Below are positions 17,580-26,682 of a stretch of 64,000 bases of DNA, one piece after another (within the stretch, counting starts at the first letter, position 1; each line of letters begins with the position of its first letter). The stretch lies in the NCBI GenBank assembly GCA_963665775.2, contig CAXXTF010000002.1, positions 640,001 to 704,000 of the forward strand, written 5' to 3'. The stretch comes from Dehalococcoidia bacterium (lineage in GTDB: Bacteria; Chloroflexota; Dehalococcoidia; SM23-28-2; RBG-16-64-32). Under the pieces are notes generated by a model. The model made no database searches, was not told the origin of the DNA, and saw nothing but the letters and a program-made list of their open reading frames with translations. Made by a program: the position numbers and the translations under genes.

Positions 17580-18839
17580 CTAGCGCATCCGCCGCGCCAG
17601 GGTCCATCCCGCCAGCGCCACCACCCCCGCCAGCGCCAACGTCGTCAGCAATACCGCCAGGATCACCGCCACGGATGTCCCTCCGTCGTCCTCTTCTCGC
17701 CGCTCAACATCCAGAGGCGGAGCGTCCGTCGGCTGCGGTTCCGGCTCCTCCAGCGGAGCCAGCCCCAGGCTGGCCCGCCACTCGTCCTCCAGCCCATCCT
17801 GGTCGATGCCGTAGACCGCCATCAGCGCCTGGTCGGTCCCTTTCCCGCCCTTGATCTCCGCGAACAGTTGGGCGAATCTCTCTGAGCCATACGTATCGAC
17901 CAGGTAAGAAACCAGGCTCCAGGACTGGCCGTAGAACAGGTTGACCAGGTTCGGATCGCCCTGATAGGAGCTTATCGACCGGATCGAGAACAGATTGCCT
18001 CGATCCGCCGCGCGGTCAATTGCGCCACCATAACCGCCCAGGCTGGCCTGGCTGTAGACGGCCGTCCCCTCATTCAGCCAGGCCGGCAGGTTACCGAACG
18101 GCCCCTCACCGGCCACCGCCGTCACCACATGCGTCAGCTCATGGCGCAGAGTGTCGAAGGAGGCGTTGCCCAGTACCAGCACCGTGTCCGAGGCGACGCG
18201 CACCCCGGCCGTGATCACCGACTGCTCGTACGTCTCGCTGCGGCGCTGCAACGCCGGCCGCATGTCATTCACAGACCTGTATATCCAGACCTTGAGCGGA
18301 AAGTCTATGCTGGTGCCCAGCAGCTCCGACATGGAGGTGATAGTCTCCCTGGCTACCGCCAGCATCGCCCGGGCGTCCCCCTCGGAGCCCGAGTAGAAGT
18401 AGACGGTGACCCCATTCTCTTCCAGGGGCGTCCAGTCGAAACGGATATCGTTATAGAAGAAAGTAGCCGTCTCGGTGCTGGCGGTTTCGCCTTCCGCATC
18501 CGTAACCTCCCAGCGGTACTCGATCGTCGTTCCCGGCGCCAGATAGATGCGCGGCGGGCTGTTCCCCTCCAGGCTGAAGCTGGCCGATACGGCCGTCCCC
18601 GGTAGAAAATCCGCCGCGCCGACAGCGGCGGTGCCATCCGGCAGGACTGTGTAGCGGAGACGGATCCGCTCGATGGGGGAGTCGCTCTGGGTGGAAACCC
18701 GGAATACGATCTCGTCCGGGAAGCGGTTCTCCACCCCATCGTCCGTGACCGTAAGGCCCCCCTGTGCCCAGACCGACGGCGCCGCCATCAGGCCGGCAAC
18801 GGCGATCGCGAGAAGAAGGGCGAGACGCACGCTATTCAC
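17580..18839 (-). CDS. peptidase MA-family zinc metallopeptidase, secreted with C-terminal membrane anchor
   Basis: Signal peptide, HELTH, PAWLNEG, C-terminal TM helix. Confidence 0.85.
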   Translation of the reverse strand: MNSVRLALLLAIAVAGLMAAPSVWAQGGLTVTDDGVENRFPDEIVFRVSTQSDSPIERIRLRYTVLPDGTAAVGAADFLPGTAVSASFSLEGNSPPRIYLAPGTTIEYRWEVTDAEGETASTETATFFYNDIRFDWTPLEENGVTVYFYSGSEGDARAMLAVARETITSMSELLGTSIDFPLKVWIYRSVNDMRPALQRRSETYEQSVITAGVRVASDTVLVLGNASFDTLRHELTHVVTAVAGEGPFGNLPAWLNEGTAVYSQASLGGYGGAIDRAADRGNLFSIRSISSYQGDPNLVNLFYGQSWSLVSYLVDTYGSERFAQLFAEIKGGKGTDQALMAVYGIDQDGLEDEWRASLGLAPLEEPEPQPTDAPPLDVERREEDDGGTSVAVILAVLLTTLALAGVVALAGWTLARRMR

Positions 18840-19930
18840 CCAGGGTCGCCTTCTGATAGGCCCGCAGCAGCGGGCTCAACTCTCCGTCCAGGACCGCCTC
18901 CGCATCGCTAGTCTCGAACCCAGACCGATGGTCCTTCACCATCTTATACGGATGCAACACGTAGGAGCGGATCTGGTTGCCCCAACCCGCCGACACGTGC
19001 TCCCCCTTGAGCCGTGCCCGCTCCTGGGCCTTTCGCTCTAGCTCCCGCTCCAGCAACCTCGCTTCCAGCACCTTCAAAGCCAGCTCCTTGTTTCGGTACT
19101 GGGAGCGCTCGTTCTGGCAGCTCACAGTGATCCCCGTGGGCAGGTGGATTATTCGCACCGCCGTGGCGTTCTTCTGTACGTTCTGGCCGCCCTTACTGCT
19201 GGCCCGGAACACATCGATACGTAGATCATCCTGATCCAGCGACACCTCCGCCTTGCTCTCCACCATCGGCAGCACCTCCACCAGGGCGAAGGAGGTGTGC
19301 CGGGCATGGGCGGCGTCAAAAGGGGAGAGGCGCACGAGGCGGTGAACACCCCTTTCGCTCCTCAAGTAGCCGTAAACACTGCGACCGCCCAGCTCTAGCG
19401 TCGCGCTCTTGATGCCGGCCTCCTCGCCCGCCATCAGGTCCAGGATGGCGGCCGCATAACCCTGCTTGTCGGCCCAGCGCAGGTACATGCGCAGGAGCAT
19501 CTCGGCCCAATCCTGAGAGTCCGTGCCGCCGGCGCCGGCGTGAATAGCCAGGATGGCATCTCGATGATCGTACTCACCAGAGAGGGCAAGCGAGAGCTCC
19601 ATCTCCTCCAGGTGATCGGCCAGGGCGCTGGCATCGGTGCTGACCGCCTGGGTCAGCTCATCATCAGACTCGGCCTTAGCCAGCTCTAGAAGATCGGCCA
19701 AGTCCCGCGCCTTGGCCTCCGTCCCCCGCCACGTCTCGACCTGCTCCCGAGCCTCGGCGAGGCGCCGCATCACCTTCTGGGCCGAGGTCGATTCGTCCCA
19801 GAAGCCTGGCTGCGCCGACTGCTGCTCCAGACGGGCTATCTCACGCTCTAGGCTGGGGACGTCAAAGACGGTGGAGGACGTGGACGATGCGCTCTTGCAG
19901 CTGTTCCAGTGTAGACCTAGTGTCTTGCAT
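18832..19930 (-). CDS. prfB: peptide chain release factor 2, programmed +1 frameshift
   Basis: ATG 19930 after GGAGG; CTT TGA C at 19867-19861; SPF and GGQ motifs in the +1 frame. Confidence 0.95.
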
Positions 19931-19992
19931 CTCTGTGTTACCTCCGCTGCCACGATTATACCCTACGGAAACGGTCTACGCTGGCTCAGAGG

Positions 19993-20691
19993 TTACGCCC
20001 CCGACACCCTTAGCGATCGCCCCTTAGAGAGCTGGTCGGCGAGGCGCGTGGGCTCCGGCAAACGATAGCCCCGACAGAGCCGCAGGACCCACTGGCCCGC
20101 CTCCTGAAGGCCGATGCGGTGCCCCACCGAGACGTACACCGGTCGCACACCGTCCCGCGTGCGCAGGACCAGACCGATGAGATCGGGCCCATCCCGCAGC
20201 TCGGCGGAGGCGCCTGCCTGGGACGGAGGATCGAGGTGCTGGCCGGTCAGGCGAGACTTGGCGACCCCAATGGTGGGCAAGTCCAGCAGCAAACCCAGAT
20301 GGCAGGCGATGCCGAATCGACGCGGATGCGCGAGGCCGTGGCCGTCAGCCACCACGAGGTCCGGGGTCCGCTGGAGCTTCTCGAAAGCGCGCGCCAGAAG
20401 AGGCACCTCACGGAAGGCGAGGAGGCCGGGGATATACGGAAAGGTGAGAGGCTCCTCGACGACCTGCTGCTCGACGAGTCGCAGGTCAGGGTAGGAGAGG
20501 AGGATGACGGCGCCCCGAGCGGCGGTAGGCCGGCGACCGGCACGGTGATCCAGAAACGCGATGTCGGCGCCCGCCACGTAGCGGATATGTTGGGGCTCGC
20601 CCTTTGCGATCACCTGGGGCGCCAGGCGCGCCTGGATGGCTGCCGCCTCGGCGGGCGTCACTTGCCAGGCGTGGAGATCGCGTAGCCGCAC
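19993..20691 (-). CDS. nfi: endonuclease V
   Basis: VAGAD, FPYIPGLLAFRE, DGHGLAHPRRFGIA, PEPTRLAD. Confidence 0.93.
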   Translation of the reverse strand: MRLRDLHAWQVTPAEAAAIQARLAPQVIAKGEPQHIRYVAGADIAFLDHRAGRRPTAARGAVILLSYPDLRLVEQQVVEEPLTFPYIPGLLAFREVPLLARAFEKLQRTPDLVVADGHGLAHPRRFGIACHLGLLLDLPTIGVAKSRLTGQHLDPPSQAGASAELRDGPDLIGLVLRTRDGVRPVYVSVGHRIGLQEAGQWVLRLCRGYRLPEPTRLADQLSKGRSLRVSGA

Positions 20692-20772
20692 AGAGACAAT
20701 ATAGGGGGATCAAACGCCGCGTCGGACGTTAACGCCCACCTCCCGGAAGAGGTGCCATATCCGGTGTTACCG

Positions 20773-20943
20773 CTACTCCTCGTCGTGGTGCCGCACGCGC
20801 TCCCTTACCCGCTCGAGGGTTGGTCCCGCGCGGTCCCGGACCTTATGGCGAGTCTCAGAGCCCGTGGCCGGTGCCAGGAGCATGCCAATGCTGATACCCA
20901 GGACCAGCCCTAGCAGGAACGTCATAGGGAAAATCCTCATCAT
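20773..20943 (-). CDS. small YtxH-like membrane protein (absent from ORF track)
   Basis: 56 aa: FLLGLVLGISIGMLLAPATGSETR; AGGAG upstream. Confidence 0.7.
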   Translation of the reverse strand: MMRIFPMTFLLGLVLGISIGMLLAPATGSETRHKVRDRAGPTLERVRERVRHHDEE

Positions 20944-21251
20944 TCAGACTCCTCTCCGAGAAGTTTTCATATACCCGAACCCATTGGCTCGGACGTGACG
21001 CATTTTACCACAGCTCACCAGCCCACCCTATCATACGCATTTCGAGCCGGTCTGGCCTAGGGCCACCCGGGCCGTAATCGCCGGTACGCATGGCTCCCAT
21101 CTTTGCCGCGGGTCACCCGAAAGGCTTTGCGGAACCGCGATTTCTCTTGACGGGACAGGTTACGTCTGATAATCATCGACAAGGTCGTTACCCGTTGACG
21201 ATACGGCCAGGGCCCCAACCAGAGTTCCAACTACATCGAGGAGGCTAGTCT

Positions 21252-21557
21252 ATGTCCCACGTAACGCTATGGCGGTTCACTGTCCTGCCCGGCAGACGGC
21301 AAGCGGTGATCGACCAGTTCGAAAAATGGGAGCGGGAGCATAAGCCCAAAGCCACTGGCTTCGAACACTCCCTCATCCTATCTAACAACGATAACCCGGA
21401 TGAGCTGATGGTTGCCGTGCGTTTCCAGAGTACGGAGAGCTACCAGGCCAATTCCAACCGGCCGGAGCAGGCCACCTGGTTCCAGGAGCTGCGGGCCAAC
21501 CTGGCTGCCGACCCCGTCTGGTTCAACGGGACGGTGACCAGAGAGTTGACGGCGTAG
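21252..21557 (+). CDS. ABM-like dimeric alpha-beta barrel protein
   Basis: 101 aa, strong SD GAGGAGG, FTVLPGRR..GF..NSNRPEQ. Confidence 0.6.
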   Translation: MSHVTLWRFTVLPGRRQAVIDQFEKWEREHKPKATGFEHSLILSNNDNPDELMVAVRFQSTESYQANSNRPEQATWFQELRANLAADPVWFNGTVTRELTA

Positions 21558-21585
21558 CTACACCCATCGCCTCGGGGCCGCTGCC

Positions 21586-22473
21586 CTACTCTAGCCCCGT
21601 TTGCTGCTCCGCCAGGGCGACCGTGTTCGCCAGAAGCATCGCCACCGTCATCGGGCCGACGCCGCCGGGCACCGGCGTGATCGCCCCGGCTACCTCTCGC
21701 ACCGACTCGAACTCCACGTCGCCGACAAGTCGACGGCCCGACTTACGGCTGTCGTCCGGCACCCAGTTGTTGCCGACGTCGATGACGACTGCGCCCGGCT
21801 TCACCATCGCCGCCGTTATCGCCTGAGCGACCCCCATCGCCGCGATCAGGATATCGGCCTGCCGCGTGAAGGCGGGCAGGTCCGCCGTGCCGGTATGGCA
21901 GACGGTGACCGTAGCGTTGGCGCGGGCGCTCTTCTGCATGAGGATGGCGGCCAGGGGCTTGCCCACGATGTTGGAGCGGCCGCAGACGACGACGTGCTTG
22001 CCGCCCGGCGAGTGGCCGCTGCGGTGGAGCAGCTCCAGCACGCCGGCGGGTGTAGCGGGCCAGGGGCAGGGCTCGCCGCGCAGGAGGCGTCCCATGTTGA
22101 CCGTCGTGATGCCGTCCGCGTCCTTGGCCGGGCCGAGGGCGCCGATCACGTCCGACTCGCTCAGGTGCGAGGGCAACGGCAGCTGCACCAGGATGGCGTG
22201 GAAGCGGCCGTCCTCGTTCAGCTCGCGAACGCGGGCGATGAGCGCCCACTGGTCGATGTCCTCCGCCAGACGGATGGTGTCCGAGTAGATCCCGGCCTCC
22301 TCGGCGGCGTCCCCCTTGGAGCGGACGTAGGAGAGCGACGAGGGGTTATGGCCGGCTAGGACGAAGGCGAGGCCGGGGGTGACGCCGCGGGCCCGCAGCG
22401 CCTGGGCGCGCTGGGCGGCCTCCCGCCGCATCTGCTCGGCGATCGCTCGGCCGTCGATGATCTCTGCGGACAT
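21586..22473 (-). CDS. folD: methylenetetrahydrofolate dehydrogenase/cyclohydrolase
   Basis: IIDG, VQLPLP, KDADG, GRSNIVGKP, TPVPGGVGPMT. Confidence 0.96.
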   Translation of the reverse strand: MSAEIIDGRAIAEQMRREAAQRAQALRARGVTPGLAFVLAGHNPSSLSYVRSKGDAAEEAGIYSDTIRLAEDIDQWALIARVRELNEDGRFHAILVQLPLPSHLSESDVIGALGPAKDADGITTVNMGRLLRGEPCPWPATPAGVLELLHRSGHSPGGKHVVVCGRSNIVGKPLAAILMQKSARANATVTVCHTGTADLPAFTRQADILIAAMGVAQAITAAMVKPGAVVIDVGNNWVPDDSRKSGRRLVGDVEFESVREVAGAITPVPGGVGPMTVAMLLANTVALAEQQTGLE

Positions 22474-22557
22474 GCGAGGCCATCATATCGCACCGCCCGC
22501 CGCCCGTCAGCCGGAGGCGGGAGGCAACAATGGTACAGAGCTACCCGGAAGCGTGGC

Positions 22558-23709
22558 CTACAGTGAAACCGGGACCCTACGGGGCCCGCTAGAGTCCTCG
22601 CCCTCTACGACGAAACCGTCTTGCACCAATAGTTGGCGATCAACGGCATGAATCCAACGCACCTCGAAATAACCTGGACGGCGCGGCGTGAAATTGACTG
22701 TATGCCCGGCCCTGCTTTCGAGCGATAAGAAATGATGCTCGGGGGACTCCCCGCCCCGCGCTATCTCGCAGTCAAAGCCCACCGGGAACTTTGGTAGATG
22801 CTCCCCTACTGGCCGAATCGTCAACGTCATCATCTCGCCTGGCTGGGGCCGCTTCGGAAGAATCGAAGATTCCCAGCGTACATCTCCCATGCTAGGCGGT
22901 GCGACTGGTGCCGAATTCGCTAGTGCTTTGGACTCTGCCCCCTTCTCAGCATCAGAGACGGGTGTCGAGATGTAGGGCCGGACCATGCTCTTCAACTGTT
23001 CGGTCAGTTGCTGGTGACTTTCATACTCAATCCGATCTAGGCCCTCAAGATCGGCGGGTATGGTTGTGCGAGAGCGGCATATCATTATGCACGGCTTGCC
23101 GAGTGCAAGGCCCGCACCAAGCTCGAGGAATACGTTTGGCTTACTCGGATTCGAGATATCGTAGATGCCAAAGCGGGTGTCACGAATCTTAGGCACGATC
23201 TTGTCCCTAAATATGTGCCCCTGCCTCAGCTCGCCGTCCGCGTAATAAGGTGTGAGTCCGGAGCCAGATAGAGCCGCGTCTATTGCACGCCTCAGGTCAT
23301 CGATTTGCTCCTTGCTGAATTCGTGTGCGACAAAGTACTCCATGGATTTCAACTCCACGTCTTGGGATTGACTCATGCTCTCAGAACTAGCGCCTTCCGG
23401 CATAGCTCTGGCTTCCGGTTGGCCTTGGAGATAATCACTGTAGGCGAGGCCTTTGGGCGTCACATCAAAGGATACTTCTCCAATGCCTTCGTGAGACAGA
23501 AAGAGGAGGCCCTGGCTTGCGAGAATCTCAACGTCTCCAAAGTACGCAGGCATCTCGCCGCCGAGCCCAGGGTGATTAATTGAATCTCCCCCGAACGTCT
23601 GGTAGGCGAAAAACTTCTGCCTTTTGTCACGCGGTTGGTTCCGCGCGGCGTCTACTAGTCTTGTCAGGAGTTCCGCTTGCTCCGGTTCAAGTAGAACGTC
23701 GTCAAACAT
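22558..23709 (-). CDS. multidomain protein with nucleoside-deoxyribosyltransferase/TIR-like central domain
   Basis: YFVAHEF..YADG..IYDIS..PNVFLELG..GKP..IPADL; lower GC than neighbours. Confidence 0.55.
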   Translation of the reverse strand: MFDDVLLEPEQAELLTRLVDAARNQPRDKRQKFFAYQTFGGDSINHPGLGGEMPAYFGDVEILASQGLLFLSHEGIGEVSFDVTPKGLAYSDYLQGQPEARAMPEGASSESMSQSQDVELKSMEYFVAHEFSKEQIDDLRRAIDAALSGSGLTPYYADGELRQGHIFRDKIVPKIRDTRFGIYDISNPSKPNVFLELGAGLALGKPCIMICRSRTTIPADLEGLDRIEYESHQQLTEQLKSMVRPYISTPVSDAEKGAESKALANSAPVAPPSMGDVRWESSILPKRPQPGEMMTLTIRPVGEHLPKFPVGFDCEIARGGESPEHHFLSLESRAGHTVNFTPRRPGYFEVRWIHAVDRQLLVQDGFVVEGEDSSGPRRVPVSL

Positions 23710-23711
23710 GG

Positions 23712-24482
23712 TCACACCTTCTCGTGCTCCGTCCGCGCCACCTCCGTCCCGTCCGCCAGCCGCACCACCTCGTAGTCCGCGAACAGGTTCGGCGCCTCCT
23801 CCCGCATCAGCCGCAGCAGCGCCAACGCCACCTTCCTGATCTCCGTCTCCGCCCACTCCGACCCCCGCAGCTCGATGAAGTGGCGCAGGGCGCGCGCGTT
23901 CGCCGTCACGAAGATCATGGTCTCCGTCGCGTTGGGCAGCACGGAGCGCGCGGCCTGGCGGGCCAGCTTCCGCCGCTGTGTCCGGTCCGTCATCTCCGCC
24001 ATCTTCGACATCAGCCCCTGCACCAGCTCCAGGTACGCCCCGTGGGACGCCTCGACAGCGCGCAGCCAGACGGCATGCAGCCCCTCGTCCTCGGCGATGA
24101 TGTCCGGTTCGACGTAATTCGCCATCGACTCGTCGACGTACCGCTGCGAGAGCTGGGAGTAGGCCCAGCCGGCGCGGTGGCGGATCAGCTCGTGCGTGAA
24201 GGAGCGGGAGACACCGGCGATGATGAAGTTCCAGACGGCGTGCTCCAGGACGGAGCCGTGCTTCTGCGCCACGATGTTTCCGATGTACTCCGCGTTGCTC
24301 TTGCGTCCCCTGCCGAAGGAGAGGTAGCAGAGGCGGCCACCCGCCTCGGCCAGCTGCTCGCCGCCCACCTCGGTGTCCGTCTCCCAGGACATGCCGTACT
24401 CGTCCAGGAAGCGGTCGACCTCGCCACCGTCGACATTCTGGCGGCCGACGAGATAGACGCGGGGCTCGCGGATGATGTTCAT
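23712..24482 (-). CDS. thyX: flavin-dependent thymidylate synthase
   Basis: HGSVLEH, HELIRHR, SQLSQRY, ARSVLPN. Confidence 0.96.
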   Translation of the reverse strand: MNIIREPRVYLVGRQNVDGGEVDRFLDEYGMSWETDTEVGGEQLAEAGGRLCYLSFGRGRKSNAEYIGNIVAQKHGSVLEHAVWNFIIAGVSRSFTHELIRHRAGWAYSQLSQRYVDESMANYVEPDIIAEDEGLHAVWLRAVEASHGAYLELVQGLMSKMAEMTDRTQRRKLARQAARSVLPNATETMIFVTANARALRHFIELRGSEWAETEIRKVALALLRLMREEAPNLFADYEVVRLADGTEVARTEHEKV

Positions 24483-24598
24483 GATTGCCTCCGAGGGTGG
24501 GAAAGGCAGCGCGCCAGAGCCTGCGAGACGCTGAAATTATAGCATTGGCGGGAAAGGGCGAAAAGAGTAGAGCCGATAAGCATTTGCGGCCCCGCCCT

Positions 24599-24626
24599 GC
24601 CATTCTCAGCGAAGCGAAGAATCGCC
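24599..24626. repeat. REP-like half element
   Basis: GCCATTCTCAGCGAAGCGAAGAATC, similar to GTCATTCTGAGCGAAGCGAGGAATC at 40031. Confidence 0.5.
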
Positions 24627-24671
24627 GCCGCCCGCATGTTCCCCTGCGCGAGTGCTAGAATGGGCGGCGAT

Positions 24672-25115
24672 ATGACCGTTAACGCCGTGGGAGTGGACAT
24701 CATCGAGATCGAGCGGGTGGCGCTGGCCCTGGGCCGGTTCGGGGAGCGGTTCCTGAAGCGAGTGTACACGCCGGTGGAGGCGGCGTTCTGCGCGGGCCGC
24801 GTCCACGAGCTGGCGGTGCGGTTCGCCGCCAAGGAGTCGGTGATGAAGGCGCTGGGCACGGGAGCGCGGGGCGTCGCCTGGCGGGAGATCGAGGTGCTGC
24901 CCAACCGGCGGGGAAAGCCGCTCGTCTACCTGCACGGTCGGGCCAAGGAACGGGCGGAGGCGATAGGCCTGACCGGCCTCGACGTGAGCATGAGCCACAG
25001 CCGGCAGTACGCCGTGGCCTTCGTCGTCGGCCAGTCGCAGGAGCCGGAGCCCGACCGCGAGGGCTGGCGGGAGCGATTCGTCGCCTTACTGCGGGAGCGG
25101 GGCAGGCTGACATGA
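24672..25115 (+). CDS. acpS: holo-ACP synthase
   Basis: GVDIIE, RFAAKESVMKALGTG, SMSHS. Confidence 0.93.
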   Translation: MTVNAVGVDIIEIERVALALGRFGERFLKRVYTPVEAAFCAGRVHELAVRFAAKESVMKALGTGARGVAWREIEVLPNRRGKPLVYLHGRAKERAEAIGLTGLDVSMSHSRQYAVAFVVGQSQEPEPDREGWRERFVALLRERGRLT

Positions 25116-26668
25116 AGCTCGTCACCGTCGCCGAGATGCAGGAAGCGGAGCGCCAGGCCGGGGTGCCCGTGTCACAGCTCATGGAGAACGCCGGGCTGGC
25201 CGTGGCCCAGGAGGCGCGCGCTCTGCTGGGCGAGGTGGCGACACGGCGGATCGTCGTGCTCGTCGGGCCGGGAAACAACGGCGGCGACGGCCTGGTGGCG
25301 GCACGGCACCTGAAGGAATGGGGCGCCAACCTCAGCGTCTACCTGCTGAAGCCCAGGACCGAGAAGGACGCCGTCTTCGCGGCGGCCGTGCGGCAGGGCG
25401 TCCCGATCATTCAGGCGGAGGAGGACGCCGCCGACGCCTACCGTCAGCTCGAGGTAGGGCTGACGGGTTCGGAGCTGGTCATCGACGCGCTACTGGGGAC
25501 CGGCCGGGTCCGTCTTATCGAGGGGCCGCTGGCCGAGGTGCTGGACCGGCTCCGACGGCTCCGCTCGTTCTCGCCGGCGCCACGGCTCCTGGCAGTGGAC
25601 CTGCCGACAGGGTTGAACGCGGACACCGGAGCGGTGGACCCGCGCTGCCTGGCCGCGGACGTGACCGTCACGCTGGGCTGGAGCAAGGTGGGGCTGCATA
25701 CGCTGCCGGGATCGCTTCAGGCGGGACAGGTGAAGGTGGTGGACATTGGCATACCTGGGGAGCGAGAGGCCGCGCTTCAGACGGAGCTGATGACAGACCG
25801 GTGGGCGCGGTCGGCGCTGCCCGAACGGCCGCCGGGAGCGCACAAGGGCAGCTTCGGGCGAGCGCTGGTGGTGGCGGGCTCGCCGCGTTACATCGGGGCG
25901 GCGTACCTGGCCTGCATGGGCGGCTTGCGCGCGGGGGCCGGGCTCGTGACCCTGGCCTGCGCCCGCACCGTCTACCCGATCCTCGCCTCCAAGCTCACGG
26001 AGGCCACCTTCGAGCCCCTGATCGACATGGAGGGGTATCTGACGGCTGAGGCGGCCCACTCGCTTCGTATGGCCATCGACCGGGGCTCCGAGGCGCTGCT
26101 GGTAGGGCCGGGGCTGGGGCAGCAGAGCTACGTGCTGGCCTTCCTGCACTCCCTTCTACCCCTGCTCTCGGGCGACCACCTTCAAGCCTTGGTGATAGAT
26201 GCCGACGGGCTGAACAACCTGGCCAAGATCGAGGGATGGTGGAAGGATCTGTCACTGCCGACAGTCGTGACCCCACACCCGGGCGAGCTGTCTCGGCTGA
26301 CAGGTCTGACAGTCGACGAGATACAGTCGGACCGGCTGACAACGGCGCGCCGGTGCGCCCAGGATTGGGGCGTAACGGTCGTGCTGAAGGGCGCCAATAC
26401 GGTGGTAGCGGCGCCGGACGGTCGGGCGCGGCTGAGCCCCTTCGCCAACCCTGGTCTGGCCTCGGGCGGGACGGGCGACGTGCTGGCGGGAGCAATCGTG
26501 GGGCTCATCGCCCAGGGACTGGCGCCCTTCGAGGCAGCGAGCCTCGGGGTATACTTACATGGGCTGGCGGGAGAGCTGGTGCGGCAGGAGATGGGCAGCG
26601 CGGGGATGGTGGCCGGGGACCTGTTGCCGGCGCTGCCGCGGGCGATGAAGGGGCTGCGGAACGAGTAG
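25112..26668 (+). CDS. nnr: bifunctional NAD(P)H-hydrate epimerase/dehydratase
   Basis: LMENAG, GPGNNGGDG, HKGSFG, TPHPGE, GTGDVLAG. Confidence 0.94.
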   Translation: MKLVTVAEMQEAERQAGVPVSQLMENAGLAVAQEARALLGEVATRRIVVLVGPGNNGGDGLVAARHLKEWGANLSVYLLKPRTEKDAVFAAAVRQGVPIIQAEEDAADAYRQLEVGLTGSELVIDALLGTGRVRLIEGPLAEVLDRLRRLRSFSPAPRLLAVDLPTGLNADTGAVDPRCLAADVTVTLGWSKVGLHTLPGSLQAGQVKVVDIGIPGEREAALQTELMTDRWARSALPERPPGAHKGSFGRALVVAGSPRYIGAAYLACMGGLRAGAGLVTLACARTVYPILASKLTEATFEPLIDMEGYLTAEAAHSLRMAIDRGSEALLVGPGLGQQSYVLAFLHSLLPLLSGDHLQALVIDADGLNNLAKIEGWWKDLSLPTVVTPHPGELSRLTGLTVDEIQSDRLTTARRCAQDWGVTVVLKGANTVVAAPDGRARLSPFANPGLASGGTGDVLAGAIVGLIAQGLAPFEAASLGVYLHGLAGELVRQEMGSAGMVAGDLLPALPRAMKGLRNE

Positions 26669-26682
26669 GTGAGAGGTTGGAG

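Noticed and set aside
22558-24603. 681-aa ORF as one protein
   Set aside because: Its N-terminal half is an alternative frame over thyX; the protein-like part starts at ATG 23709.
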